A stretch of DNA of 64,000 bases from Rhizomicrobium sp. (GTDB lineage: Bacteria; Pseudomonadota; Alphaproteobacteria; Micropepsales; Micropepsaceae). Under the pieces are notes generated by a model. That model saw only the letters and a list, made by a program, of their open reading frames with translations, made no database searches and was not told the origin of the DNA. Positions 18,306-27,821 of the stretch are shown here, piece by piece (the stretch's first letter is position 1; each line of letters starts with the position of its first letter). The stretch lies in contig JARLIR010000126.1 in NCBI GenBank assembly GCA_031291635.1, positions 3,634 to 67,633 on the forward strand, given 5' to 3'. Position numbers and translations under genes: made by a program.

Positions 18306-19469
18306 TCAGTCCAGCGCGTAGACCAGCGCCTTTAAGTACGCACTCTCCGGCAGCATAGGATGGACCGGATGATCGGGGCCCGCGCCTGCGGTGTGGATCA
18401 GACGCGCGCTGCGGCCAGCCCGGGCGATGCCGGTGGCGGCTTCATTGGCGAGACGCTCCAGCGGAATGTTGTGCGAGCAGGAGGCCAAGAAGACAAAGCC
18501 GCCCGGCGCGGTGATCAGGGCCGAGAGCCGTGCCAGCTTGCGATAGGCTTTGGCGCCGGTTTCCAGATCCTTCTTGGCTTTGACGAAGGGCGGCGGATCA
18601 CCGATGACGACATCGAAGCGCTCGCCCGCGGTGGCAAAGCGTTCCATCTCTTCAAAGACATCGGCTTTGAGGAAATTGGCTTTCAGCGAATTGGCGGTGG
18701 CGGCTTCTTCGGCCAAAGCCACGGCAGGGGCGGAGCTTTCAAGACCCGCAACTTCCTTGGCACCAGCCTTGGCGGCGGCGAGCGCAAAGCCACCGGTGTA
18801 AGAATAGCCATCGAGCACCGATTTGCCTTTGGCGATCTTGGCCATGAAGGCGCGGTTTTCACGCTGATCGTAATACCAGCCGGTCTTCTGGCCCGCGGCG
18901 GCGTCGGCGAAGTAGCGCACGCCGTTTTCTTCGATGGTGATGCGTCCGCCGCCTTCAGCTTCGACATAACTGTCGAGGCCTTCGAGGGCGCGGGCCGGAG
19001 TGTCCGCCCGCAGAATAATTTTGGCCTTGGGAAAGAGTTTGCACAGCGCCGCCAAGAGCACGGTCTTCTTGGCTTCCATGCCGGCCGTGGTGATCTGAAC
19101 CACAAAGGTGTCGGCAAAGCGGTCGATGGTCAGACCCGGCAAGCCGTCGCCTTCGGCATGGACGAGGCGGTAGTAAGGAGTGTCAAACAAGGCCTCGCGC
19201 AGGGCCAAGGCCCGCGTCAGCTTGCCCGCGAAAAAGGCCTGATCCACCGGCACATCCAGCGCCGGGGCGATGAAGCGCACCGCGATCAAGCTTTTGGAAT
19301 TGAAAAAGCCGGTGCCGAAAGGCTGGCCGTCATCGCCCATCACATTGACGACGCTGCCGGGCGCCAGCTCTTTGCTCATCTCGATTTCGTTCGAGAACAG
19401 CCAAGGGGCGCCGGCACGGGCGCGCTTTCCTTCACGGGGTTTGACCCGGATTACGGGGCGAGGGCTCAT
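18306..19469 (-). CDS. Class I SAM-dependent rRNA methyltransferase (RlmI-like)
   Basis: PUA-like N-terminus 'PWLFSNEI', 'RLVHAEGDGLPGL', 'GQKTGWYYDQRENR', 'DPPPF'. Confidence 0.85.
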   Translation of the reverse strand: MSPRPVIRVKPREGKRARAGAPWLFSNEIEMSKELAPGSVVNVMGDDGQPFGTGFFNSKSLIAVRFIAPALDVPVDQAFFAGKLTRALALREALFDTPYYRLVHAEGDGLPGLTIDRFADTFVVQITTAGMEAKKTVLLAALCKLFPKAKIILRADTPARALEGLDSYVEAEGGGRITIEENGVRYFADAAAGQKTGWYYDQRENRAFMAKIAKGKSVLDGYSYTGGFALAAAKAGAKEVAGLESSAPAVALAEEAATANSLKANFLKADVFEEMERFATAGERFDVVIGDPPPFVKAKKDLETGAKAYRKLARLSALITAPGGFVFLASCSHNIPLERLANEAATGIARAGRSARLIHTAGAGPDHPVHPMLPESAYLKALVYALD

Positions 19470-19530
19470 TATAGGTTCCTTTTGCGGCGCTACCGCCGCG
19501 ACAGTGAGTAAGGCAAAAGCAAAGGGCGGT

Positions 19531-19785
19531 TCAGCCGGACTTTTTCTTCAGCCGGATGCCGCGCCCGCCATCGGGTGAGGCCATGCCGTCCGCAATCAGC
19601 TCGATCCCGGCCAATTCGAGGGCGGCGATCAGCTTCATCAAAGAATCGACATTGCCCCGGATGACGCCATCGCTGGCTTCCATCCGCTGGATCGTCGGCA
19701 CCGACAGAGACGCAATCTCAGCAAGTTGACGCTGGTCGATCCCGAGAAGCGCGCGCGCGGCCCTGAGCTGTCCCGAACTGATCAT
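19531..19785 (-). CDS. XRE-family HTH regulator
   Basis: 'QLRAARALLGIDQRQLAE.A.LSVPTIQRME'. Confidence 0.8.
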   Translation of the reverse strand: MISSGQLRAARALLGIDQRQLAEIASLSVPTIQRMEASDGVIRGNVDSLMKLIAALELAGIELIADGMASPDGGRGIRLKKKSG

Positions 19786-19967
19786 GCCAGCACCTTCACT
19801 TGCGCCCCGATTAATCACACCTGCCGCCGAAAAGCGATGCCTCAGCCATCAAAGCTGCGGCTTCGCGCCACGGCGCACAGCCCTGCCCGCTCCCGCAACC
19901 TTCGGTTATCCCGGCGAGGGTGATAGGGATAGGGCGACGAAAGCCTTGTCAAGATGGGGAAATTCGC

Positions 19968-21278
19968 ATGCTGACGCGACGCGATGTGATGGCAGGAACA
20001 GCCGTGCTGATGACGGCAGCGGCGCAAGCCGCAGCGCCCAGTCCTTTCGTGCGGGTGGACGGCTGGCAATTGCGGCTGGGCGGGCGCGGCTATCGCTTTG
20101 CCGGCAGCAATCTTTGGTATGGCGCCTATCTGGGCTCGCCCGGAGCGCTGGGCCATCGCGACCGGTTGAAGCGCGAATTGGACAGCCTGAAGCGGCTGGG
20201 AGTCGGCAATCTGCGCCTGCTCGCCTCGGGCGAGGATTCGCCGCTCAACAACTCGCTCAAGCCCGCGATCCATGGCCCCAAACCACCTTACAACGAGGCG
20301 CTGCTGCAAGGGCTCGATTTCACTCTGGCCGAAATGGGGAGGCGCGGCATGAAAGCGGTGCTGTTCCTCAACAATTTCTGGGAATGGTCCGGCGGTATGG
20401 TGACCTATCAAGCCTGGAGCAATGGCGGCCATTTCATCAATCTGGGCGACCCGGCCCATCCCTGGCCGGAATTTGCCGATTTCAGCGCCCAGTTCTATGA
20501 AAGCCCCAAGGCGATTGCTCTGTATGAGGAGTATGTCTCGGCCATCGTCGGGCGCACCAACACGGTCACCGGCAAGCTCTATCGCGACGATCCGGCGATC
20601 ATGGCTTGGCAGCTCGCCAACGAGCCGCGCCCTGGCGGCACCGCCTCCAAAGCCCCCTTCGCTGCTTTCTATGCCTGGATCGCGCGCAGCGCCGATCTGA
20701 TCAAAAAGCTGGATCCCAATCACCTCGTCTCCAGCGGCAATGAAGGGGTGATGGGATGCCTGGAAAGCACCGATTGCGTGCTGAAGGCGGGGGCGGCCAA
20801 GAATATCGACTACATCACCTTTCATATGTGGCCGCAGAATTGGAGCTGGATCGATGCCGCCAATTTGGACGCCAGCTATGCCAGCGGTGAAGCCAAATGC
20901 CGGGCTTATATCGAGACCCATATCAAGCTGGCGCAGACGCTGGGCAAGCCCCTGGTGCTGGAAGAATTCGGCTTCCCGCGTGAAGGCAATGGCAACGGGC
21001 CGGAGATCGCCACCACCCACCGGGACCGCTTCTATGCCATGGTTTATCAAATGGTCGAGGCCAGCGCGCGCGCGAAGGGGCCTTTGGTCGGCAGCAATTT
21101 CTGGGCTTGGGGCGGGCAAGGCCGCGCCTTGCATCCTGATTACGTTATGCAGCCGGGCGACACCTCATACGTCGGCGATCCACCGCAAGAACCGCAAGGG
21201 CGCAACTCTGTCTTCGACAGCGATGCCAGCACCATCGCCATCATCCGCAAACATGCGGCGGTGTTGAAGCGGGTGTGA
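19968..21278 (+). CDS. GH5 beta-mannanase/mannosidase-like hydrolase, Tat-exported
   Basis: 'MLTRRD' Tat signal; 'NNFWEWSGGM', 'WQLANEPR' (acid/base Glu), 'LEEFGFPR' (nucleophile), 'GDPPQEPQG'. Confidence 0.85.
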   Translation: MLTRRDVMAGTAVLMTAAAQAAAPSPFVRVDGWQLRLGGRGYRFAGSNLWYGAYLGSPGALGHRDRLKRELDSLKRLGVGNLRLLASGEDSPLNNSLKPAIHGPKPPYNEALLQGLDFTLAEMGRRGMKAVLFLNNFWEWSGGMVTYQAWSNGGHFINLGDPAHPWPEFADFSAQFYESPKAIALYEEYVSAIVGRTNTVTGKLYRDDPAIMAWQLANEPRPGGTASKAPFAAFYAWIARSADLIKKLDPNHLVSSGNEGVMGCLESTDCVLKAGAAKNIDYITFHMWPQNWSWIDAANLDASYASGEAKCRAYIETHIKLAQTLGKPLVLEEFGFPREGNGNGPEIATTHRDRFYAMVYQMVEASARAKGPLVGSNFWAWGGQGRALHPDYVMQPGDTSYVGDPPQEPQGRNSVFDSDASTIAIIRKHAAVLKRV

Positions 21279-21329
21279 GGGAGAGCGGTACCACTCCCCA
21301 CTTCCGTCATGGCCGGGCTTGACAGGCGC

Positions 21330-21935
21330 TTACACCGCCGCGGGTTTGAGCCCGGCGAGGAGGCCTTTCATCGCCAGTTCGAGCAGGGTTTCGAGCTGCG
21401 CCAGCGAATCGAGTTTGCCCGCAAGGTAAAGGCTGACCGGCCCGTGCAGGCAGCACCAGAAAACATAGCCCAAAGTGGACGGATCGCCGGCGATGATGTT
21501 TTCACTAACCAAGAGATCCATGCTGCGGCGCATGGCTTGGCGCGCCCGCTCCACCGTCTCGGCAAGCTCGGGATATTTGACCAAATCGGGATAAGGCATC
21601 TCGAACATGATGCGATAGGCATCGGGTTCGGCGAGGGCGAAATCGACATAAGCCCGGCGCTTGGCCTCGGCTTGTTCCAACGGCGAGCCGTGTGCCCTGC
21701 TGCTGCCCTCAACCGCCGCGATAAAATGGTTGAAGGCCCGGATTACCGCGGCCACCAGAATCTCTTCTTTGTCGCGGAAATAATGGTAGGGCTTCATGGG
21801 GCTGATGCCCATGACCTCCGCCAGCGCCCGCATAGTGACGCCATCCGTGCCGCGTTGGGCAAAGAGTTTGCTTGCCGCTGCGCAAGCCTGCTCCCGGAAT
21901 TCGATTATTTCATCTTGGCTTAATGTTCGTGGCAC
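21330..21935 (-). CDS. TetR-family regulator
   Basis: 'KLFAQRG.DGVTMRALA..MGISPMKPYHYFRDKEEIL' HTH. Confidence 0.85.
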   Translation of the reverse strand: MPRTLSQDEIIEFREQACAAASKLFAQRGTDGVTMRALAEVMGISPMKPYHYFRDKEEILVAAVIRAFNHFIAAVEGSSRAHGSPLEQAEAKRRAYVDFALAEPDAYRIMFEMPYPDLVKYPELAETVERARQAMRRSMDLLVSENIIAGDPSTLGYVFWCCLHGPVSLYLAGKLDSLAQLETLLELAMKGLLAGLKPAAV

Positions 21936-22071
21936 GAATCCACCGCCGTCGGGTAGGAACAACCATAATGATTATTAACACTTACAAAGTGCAACATACA
22001 ATCATATATGGCAGCGTCCCGACGGCTGACGTAACGTAGGTGTCGGTTACTGGGGCTGAAAAAGCTTCCCG

Positions 22072-22749
22072 TTAGCGCGGCAAAAGCTGTGCGTGATCAC
22101 GGACATAAGCGAGGTCAACGTCTTTCTTTCGTAAAATGTAATTGGTGAAGGCGCTGATACGATTAGGGCCAGTCGAATCCAGCGGAACATAAGGCTGGCT
22201 CCAGCCGCCGCCGCCGCCTGGCCCAGCCGGCGTTGACGGCTGCAGCATCATCGAGGGCGCTGCCCCTTCCAAATTGCCAAAGCCATATTTGGTATCGGCG
22301 ATGGGTGCGAAGGGCCGGCCCGGCAACTCCAAATAGCCTCTGACGTAATTGGCCAAATTCTGATCTTTCAGGCGCCAGCCACCATCTTCGCAGATCAGCC
22401 GGTCGGGCTCGAAAGCCAAGGTCAGCAGCATCACCTGCATGGTGCCCGCCGCGCCTTTCACGGCCTGTTCGTTGGCTTGATCAGTGGAGCGGCCACGGCC
22501 GAAGCCGTAGGTGAGCCAGAAATTCGGCCCTTCCCACAAGGCCAGAAAGGCCCGCTTGTCGAAGGGGATTTTCAGGCCGTTACCGAAATCGAGGACATTG
22601 GGATAGCCCCGCACCACCTTGGCGTTGGGCGCATCGGCATCGCTGCCCCAAATATCGCTGGTCTTCGAGGGCAGCTTCTCGGCTCCGGCAAAAGCGGTGA
22701 CCGCTGTCATCCCGGCAATCGATCCCATCAGATGGCGTCTGTTCAACAT
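22072..22749 (-). CDS. Hypothetical Tat-exported protein
   Basis: 'MLNRRHLMG' twin-arginine signal; GAGG SD; starts 2 bp after the GH9 stop. Confidence 0.65.
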   Translation of the reverse strand: MLNRRHLMGSIAGMTAVTAFAGAEKLPSKTSDIWGSDADAPNAKVVRGYPNVLDFGNGLKIPFDKRAFLALWEGPNFWLTYGFGRGRSTDQANEQAVKGAAGTMQVMLLTLAFEPDRLICEDGGWRLKDQNLANYVRGYLELPGRPFAPIADTKYGFGNLEGAAPSMMLQPSTPAGPGGGGGWSQPYVPLDSTGPNRISAFTNYILRKKDVDLAYVRDHAQLLPR

Positions 22750-22751
22750 GA

Positions 22752-24665
22752 TTACCTCACGATTTTTTCTGGGGCCGACACGAAATGTGCCAGCAGGCGG
22801 ATGTATTCGACCTGGTAGCCAGCCGATGGTTCGGTGACTTGCCAGGAATCAATGGGGTAAGAGGCACTGAAATCGGCGTAGGATTTTTGCGGCGGCTGGC
22901 CATAAGGCGGTGACAGCCGCGCGCTGCCACAACGCGCGTCAAGACCCGGGCAGGCTTTTTCCCAATCATAAGACGGGTTCGGTCCGCCGACGAGAAAGCC
23001 CGGCGGCGGCCCTAGCGGCGAGGTCTTCACATTCTGCCAGCGCGAGCCTTCGGCAAACCAGGCGTGATAAAATTCATCGACCGAATTTTCGGCACCAAAG
23101 CTGCCCATATTGGAGAGATAGACCTTGGCCAGCGGATTGACCCCATGCAGGTAGTGCAGGTAATGCGCGGCATAGCTTTCGGCATCGGCGGGCGCGCCTT
23201 CCAGGCTATCCAGCTTGGGGTTCAAGAAGAAGAAACCCTGGCGCGAAATCTCTTTGCTGCTGCCCCAGAAATAGGCCGGCAGATAGGCTAGATACGGATT
23301 GGCGGTGGCAGCTTCGCCGCCGTAGATCGCTGGCGCACGAAAGCCGCTGAGAAATTTGGCATGAATCTGCTCCGCGATATCGCGGCGGGCTGATTTCAGC
23401 CCGGCGTAATGCAGCAGCGGCTGCAACCATACCGCGTCGGGGGTAGAAAAGCGGCCGTCTAGCAGTGGCAAAGCCTCGACCAGCGCCGCGATGCGGGATT
23501 GATAAGCGGCCTCACCGGTCAGCTCATAAAGATAGATCGCCGCCAGCAAGGCGCGCGTCGGGCGCTCTTTTGCTGAATATTCTTGCTCGCCGCCACCCAA
23601 GGTCTGATCGCCATAAGCGGGCGATTTGTTGAAGAAGGTGACATCGGGATGGGCTTCGGCCCAGGCGTAAGCGCGTTTGGCGCGGCTGGCCAAATCGGCG
23701 GCATAGACTTTGAGCGCCGGATAGCGCGCCAGGGTTTTGGCGGCAGTGGCAAAGGCCGCCGCAGCGCTATAGCTGGCCGAGGTGCTGGGGCCACCGTAAT
23801 AGCTCGGATTGGTGGCCGAGGAAGGCGGAGAGCCGACCATGCCAGCATGCAGAATGGCGAGCACCGAGCCATCCGGATTCTGCATCTTGATCAGCCAATC
23901 GGTGCCCCATTTCACTTCGTCCAAGAGATCGGGAATGCCGTTACCGGATTCGGGGATATTGAAATCATCGGTGAAGACGGCGGGGTTTTCGTTATAGGTG
24001 GCGATCAGGCTGATGATGTAGTCGCTGTGCCAATTGGTATAGCGGTTGAAATCGCCCGCATCCCACCAGCCACCGGAAAGATCGCGCTCAGTGGAGGGAT
24101 CGTCCTTCTTCATCAGATGGCGGGCGGCTTTATCCTGGCGCGGGCCGATGTGATCGGCGGTGTCGCTCCAACGCGGATCGGCGAAAGGCGGCGCCTTGGG
24201 CGTATTGGCGCGCTGGTAATAGAAAAAGCGCACCGCCTGTACCAAGACCTCGCGATAAGGATTGGCGGCGATGGTGAAGGCGCCGGAAATCTCGTTCTTG
24301 TCATGATCGCGGATCACATAGCGGCCGGGCGCGGTGACGGCCGAAAAATCGAAATGCCAGGCGCGGTCACCAGAGCTGGGATCGATGGCGCCGTCTTTCC
24401 AAGGCTTAGGGGCGCCTTCATAGACGACTTTGCAGCTGCCCTGCTCGACCACCTGATAGAGCGGACCGGGCGTGAAGCTCTGGGCCGCATCAAAGCCCTT
24501 CACGGGCGAGCGGATGACGGCAATCTTTGCCATGCCTGGCTGATAGCCGAATTGATCGACCACCACGAAATGACTGAAACTCTGCTGTGCGCAGGGAGCC
24601 GCAGCGGCATTGGGAACCATAAGGGCACCCAAAATCGCAACCAGGCCCAATTTGTTAGCCATCAC
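22752..24665 (-). CDS. GH9 glycoside hydrolase with N-terminal Ig-like (CelD-N) domain
   Basis: 'VDQFGYQP...KIAVI', 'DLSGGWWDAGD', 'NGIPDLLDE', C-terminal 'DSWQVTEP'. Confidence 0.88.
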   Translation of the reverse strand: MMANKLGLVAILGALMVPNAAAAPCAQQSFSHFVVVDQFGYQPGMAKIAVIRSPVKGFDAAQSFTPGPLYQVVEQGSCKVVYEGAPKPWKDGAIDPSSGDRAWHFDFSAVTAPGRYVIRDHDKNEISGAFTIAANPYREVLVQAVRFFYYQRANTPKAPPFADPRWSDTADHIGPRQDKAARHLMKKDDPSTERDLSGGWWDAGDFNRYTNWHSDYIISLIATYNENPAVFTDDFNIPESGNGIPDLLDEVKWGTDWLIKMQNPDGSVLAILHAGMVGSPPSSATNPSYYGGPSTSASYSAAAAFATAAKTLARYPALKVYAADLASRAKRAYAWAEAHPDVTFFNKSPAYGDQTLGGGEQEYSAKERPTRALLAAIYLYELTGEAAYQSRIAALVEALPLLDGRFSTPDAVWLQPLLHYAGLKSARRDIAEQIHAKFLSGFRAPAIYGGEAATANPYLAYLPAYFWGSSKEISRQGFFFLNPKLDSLEGAPADAESYAAHYLHYLHGVNPLAKVYLSNMGSFGAENSVDEFYHAWFAEGSRWQNVKTSPLGPPPGFLVGGPNPSYDWEKACPGLDARCGSARLSPPYGQPPQKSYADFSASYPIDSWQVTEPSAGYQVEYIRLLAHFVSAPEKIVR

Positions 24666-24981
24666 TCCCCCAAATGCGGCCGCCTTTTTGTCATGGCGGT
24701 CCGCTTTATTTTTGCATTCTAGTCGCCAACCCCTTGAATCAAAAAAGGTTGGTAACTGGTGGGGATGGCTACAAGATCATGCCGCCCAGCTCACATCAGA
24801 CAAAACGCTGCAGAGCCGGGCGGCACAGCCCCCACCATTCACGTCATAGATGACGAACGAGGGCGCGATTTCCCCGGTCAGCCCGCTGGCTTTCAGCTTA
24901 AATTCTAGACAGCTTTGCCGAGACTGCGGCGCTGCAACGCTTGCGGGTGAGCTATGATGCGCCTAACTTGCAAAGATGCGG

Positions 24982-25323
24982 ATGAGAAAACTCTCCCTGC
25001 GCGCCATTCTAAGCGCCCTTCTGGCGGTGGTCTTTGTGATCGCCGCCGAGCCGGGCGTCGCCATGGCCGCATCCGCAAAACACGCCATGAGCTGCTGTGC
25101 CGATACCGCCAGCTGCGATCACGCCAAACTGCCCAAAGACAAAGACGCACCGTGCAAAAACATGGCGCTCTGCGCCGGCATGACAAGCTGCTTTGGCATG
25201 AGCGTGGTGGCCAGCGACATGCCTTTGCTGCGCAGCGCCGCTGTTGGCGCCTCGGTGCCGAGCGTGCCGCAAATCCTGCTGGGTCTGACGCTACAGCCCG
25301 ACAATCCGCCTCCTAGAGCCTGA
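24982..25323 (+). CDS. Small Cys/His/Met-rich exported protein with proline-rich C-terminus (CopL/DUF2946-like leader)
   Basis: Signal/TM segment, six Cys, C-terminal 'QPDNPPPRA'; first gene of the cus cluster. Confidence 0.65.
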   Translation: MRKLSLRAILSALLAVVFVIAAEPGVAMAASAKHAMSCCADTASCDHAKLPKDKDAPCKNMALCAGMTSCFGMSVVASDMPLLRSAAVGASVPSVPQILLGLTLQPDNPPPRA

Positions 25324-25437
25324 TGGGTTGAAAGCGCTGCTCCCCACGGAGCGGCGCGCCTGACGCTCGCGCCTGCGCGGGCGCTTCACGCCATTCTCGC
25401 CATCAATCCTGGGCCAAGCCCAGGCCGGAGGACTTCC

Positions 25438-25857
25438 ATGAATACGCTCAAAAACACCGCCCTTATTGCGACTGTCGCCACCCTGTTTGTGCTGCAAGCG
25501 GCATCTGCCAGTACTGCAGGGCATCGCATGCCTGCCGATTACACGCAGGCGCAGCCTTCTTATCAACTCAAGATCAATGCTCCCGCTGTGGTGGGGGTGC
25601 CGCTGGTTGTGACCCTGATCAACCAGGCTGACGGCAAAGTGGTGCAGAACGGCGATATCGCCGTTATGCGCCCCGTCTTCGCCGGACAGAAGGCCAGCCC
25701 GATGATCCGCTATGTCCCGGTGATGCTGACACGGGCCGCTGATGGCAGCTTTGTCTGCGCTGGCGAGCATCACGTCGCCGGTGAAGAGCTGACGCTGCGC
25801 GGCGCCGGGCCGGGCGATGCCGCGCCGGTGTGGCTGACTCTGACCGTCAAAGGTTGA
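25438..25857 (+). CDS. Hypothetical periplasmic protein
   Basis: GGAGG SD, signal peptide, beta-rich composition; followed by a terminator. Confidence 0.65.
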   Translation: MNTLKNTALIATVATLFVLQAASASTAGHRMPADYTQAQPSYQLKINAPAVVGVPLVVTLINQADGKVVQNGDIAVMRPVFAGQKASPMIRYVPVMLTRAADGSFVCAGEHHVAGEELTLRGAGPGDAAPVWLTLTVKG

Positions 25858-25865
25858 GTGAACTT

Positions 25866-25897
25866 GGGCGGGGCTTCGGCTCCGCCCTCCCTTTTTG
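25866..25897 (+). terminator. Rho-independent terminator
   Basis: GGGCGGGGC-TTCG-GCTCCGCCC followed by CTTTTT. Confidence 0.65.
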
Positions 25898-25913
25898 CTT
25901 TGGAGATTTCCTG

Positions 25914-26291
25914 ATGAAACGCTTTTCTCTCGCGACCCTCGCCGCCACCCTCGTTATGTCGACCGCTGCTTTTGCCCAAAGCGGTTTGAGCTGGAAGCTG
26001 CTGGATTCGTCCGTTCCGTCTAATGCCACGCACCAAATCCACGTCCAGCTGATCGATGGCAGCGGCCATGCCGTCGCCCAAGCGGTGACGGCTTTGACCG
26101 TGCGCGTCGATATGGGCCCCGATGGCATGGCCGACATGACCACGCCCGCCAAGGTGAGCCTTGGCAAAGCCCCTGGCGACGTGGTGGTGGAGACCAATCT
26201 TTATGCCCCCGGCCGCTGGGCTGTGATTGTGAGCGGCGCCGTCAAAGGCGCCCCAGTCAAAGCAAGCCTCGTCGTCACCGCCAAGCCGTAG
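25914..26291 (+). CDS. YtkA/FixH-like Met-rich periplasmic protein
   Basis: Signal peptide; 'RVDMGPDGMADM' and 'PGRWAV' motifs; GGAG SD. Confidence 0.7.
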   Translation: MKRFSLATLAATLVMSTAAFAQSGLSWKLLDSSVPSNATHQIHVQLIDGSGHAVAQAVTALTVRVDMGPDGMADMTTPAKVSLGKAPGDVVVETNLYAPGRWAVIVSGAVKGAPVKASLVVTAKP

Positions 26292-26336
26292 GATTGAGGC
26301 GCGGAGGTTTCGCGCTGCCCCGTGAAAGGTTTTCCC

Positions 26337-27821
26337 ATGCAACGCGTGTTGTTCGCTTTCGCCCTGGCGCTGGCCGTTTGCGCTTCCGCTTTCGCTCAAT
26401 CGGGCCTGAGCTGGAAACTGCTCGATGCCAAGGTGCCCGCCAATGCCGCCACCGCCATCCGGCTCCAACTGGTTGATGGCAGCGGGGCGCCGCAAACCGT
26501 CAGTGGCCTGTCGGTGCGGGTCGATATGAGCCCCGATGCCATGGCAGCGATGACGGCGCCCGCCACGGTGCACGCGGAAGCCGGTGTGGTGCTGGTGGAA
26601 ACCAAACTTTATGCGCCGGGACGCTGGGCGGTGATCATCAGTGGCAAGGCCAAAGGCAAAGCCGTGAAAGCCACGCTGGTGGTGACCGCCACGTTGAAAA
26701 GCACAGCCCCAGTTGCGGCCGGACCGCGGCGCATACTTTATTACCGCAACCCCATGGGGCTGGCGGATACCTCGCCAGTGCCGCGCAAAGACGCCATGGG
26801 CATGGCCTATATCCCGGTCTATTCCGATGAAGTAACCAAGGTGAAGGGCGCCGTGCGCCTCTCCACCGAGAAGATGCAGCGCGCCGGTGTGCGCACTTCG
26901 CTGGTGACGCGCCTGTCGGTCGCCAAATCGGTACGCGCCACAGGCACCGTGGCGGCGGATGAAAACCGCCAAGCGGTGCTCAGCGCCCGCTTCACCGGTT
27001 TTGTCGAAAAACTCTATGTCAGCCAGACCGGCGATGTGGTGCGCGCCGGGCAGCCTTTGATGCGGGTGTGGGCCGAAAGCTCCGAAGTGCTGGTGAAGGA
27101 AGCCGATTATATCGGTTCGTTGCAATCGGGCGCGCCCGAGCATGCGGCGATGGCGGCGAGTCTTTTGCGCCAATACGGCATCACCCAAGCCGACTTGACT
27201 ATGATGGCGAAAACCGGCGTTCCCACCCGCAGCATCACGATATCCGCTCCGGCGAGCGGCACGGTGATGGAGAAAAATGCGGTGCTGGGGATGCATTTTG
27301 CGACCGGCGACATTCTGTTCAAGACCACGGATGTCTCCCAGCTTTGGGTGTTGGCGGAAGTCTCCGAACGGGATCTGAGCGGCGTGCGCGTGGGGCAGAA
27401 AGCCTCCATCAGTTTTCGCGACAATCCCGCCGCCTCCTTCGACGGCAAAGTGCTGACAATCTATCCGCAGATCGATCCGGCGACGCGCACAGTGAAAGTG
27501 CGCATCGCGGTGGCCAACAAAGAGGGCCGCTTGCGCATCGGCCAATATGCCGAGGTGCGGATCGAGACCGCGGCCTCGGCGGCCACTTTGGCGATCCCCG
27601 CTTCTGCGGTGGTCGATGACGGCAGCAAACAAGTGGCCTTTATCGCTTTGGCGGACGGGTTGTTCGAGCCGCGCGTACTGAAATTGGGCGCCCGTATGGG
27701 CGATATGGTGGAAGTGCAGAGCGGCCTTACCGAAGGCGATCGCATCGTCACCACCGGCAATTTCCTGCTCGATGCCGAAAGCAATCTGCAATCCGCCCTC
27801 AAGACATTTGGAAGCAAATAA
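26337..27821 (+). CDS. cusB: CusB-like RND periplasmic adaptor with fused N-terminal YtkA/FixH-like domain
   Basis: 'ILYYRNPMG..DTSPVPRKDAMGMAYIPVY' heavy-metal-binding motif plus MFP core; 'GNFLLDAESNL'. Confidence 0.85.
   Translation: MQRVLFAFALALAVCASAFAQSGLSWKLLDAKVPANAATAIRLQLVDGSGAPQTVSGLSVRVDMSPDAMAAMTAPATVHAEAGVVLVETKLYAPGRWAVIISGKAKGKAVKATLVVTATLKSTAPVAAGPRRILYYRNPMGLADTSPVPRKDAMGMAYIPVYSDEVTKVKGAVRLSTEKMQRAGVRTSLVTRLSVAKSVRATGTVAADENRQAVLSARFTGFVEKLYVSQTGDVVRAGQPLMRVWAESSEVLVKEADYIGSLQSGAPEHAAMAASLLRQYGITQADLTMMAKTGVPTRSITISAPASGTVMEKNAVLGMHFATGDILFKTTDVSQLWVLAEVSERDLSGVRVGQKASISFRDNPAASFDGKVLTIYPQIDPATRTVKVRIAVANKEGRLRIGQYAEVRIETAASAATLAIPASAVVDDGSKQVAFIALADGLFEPRVLKLGARMGDMVEVQSGLTEGDRIVTTGNFLLDAESNLQSALKTFGSK

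Noticed and set aside
25770-27791. Long antisense ORFs (also 43929-45473, 59518-61092, 11457-12746, 19842-21134, 38552-39724)
   Set aside because: Each overlaps a well-supported gene on the other strand; expected from GC codon bias
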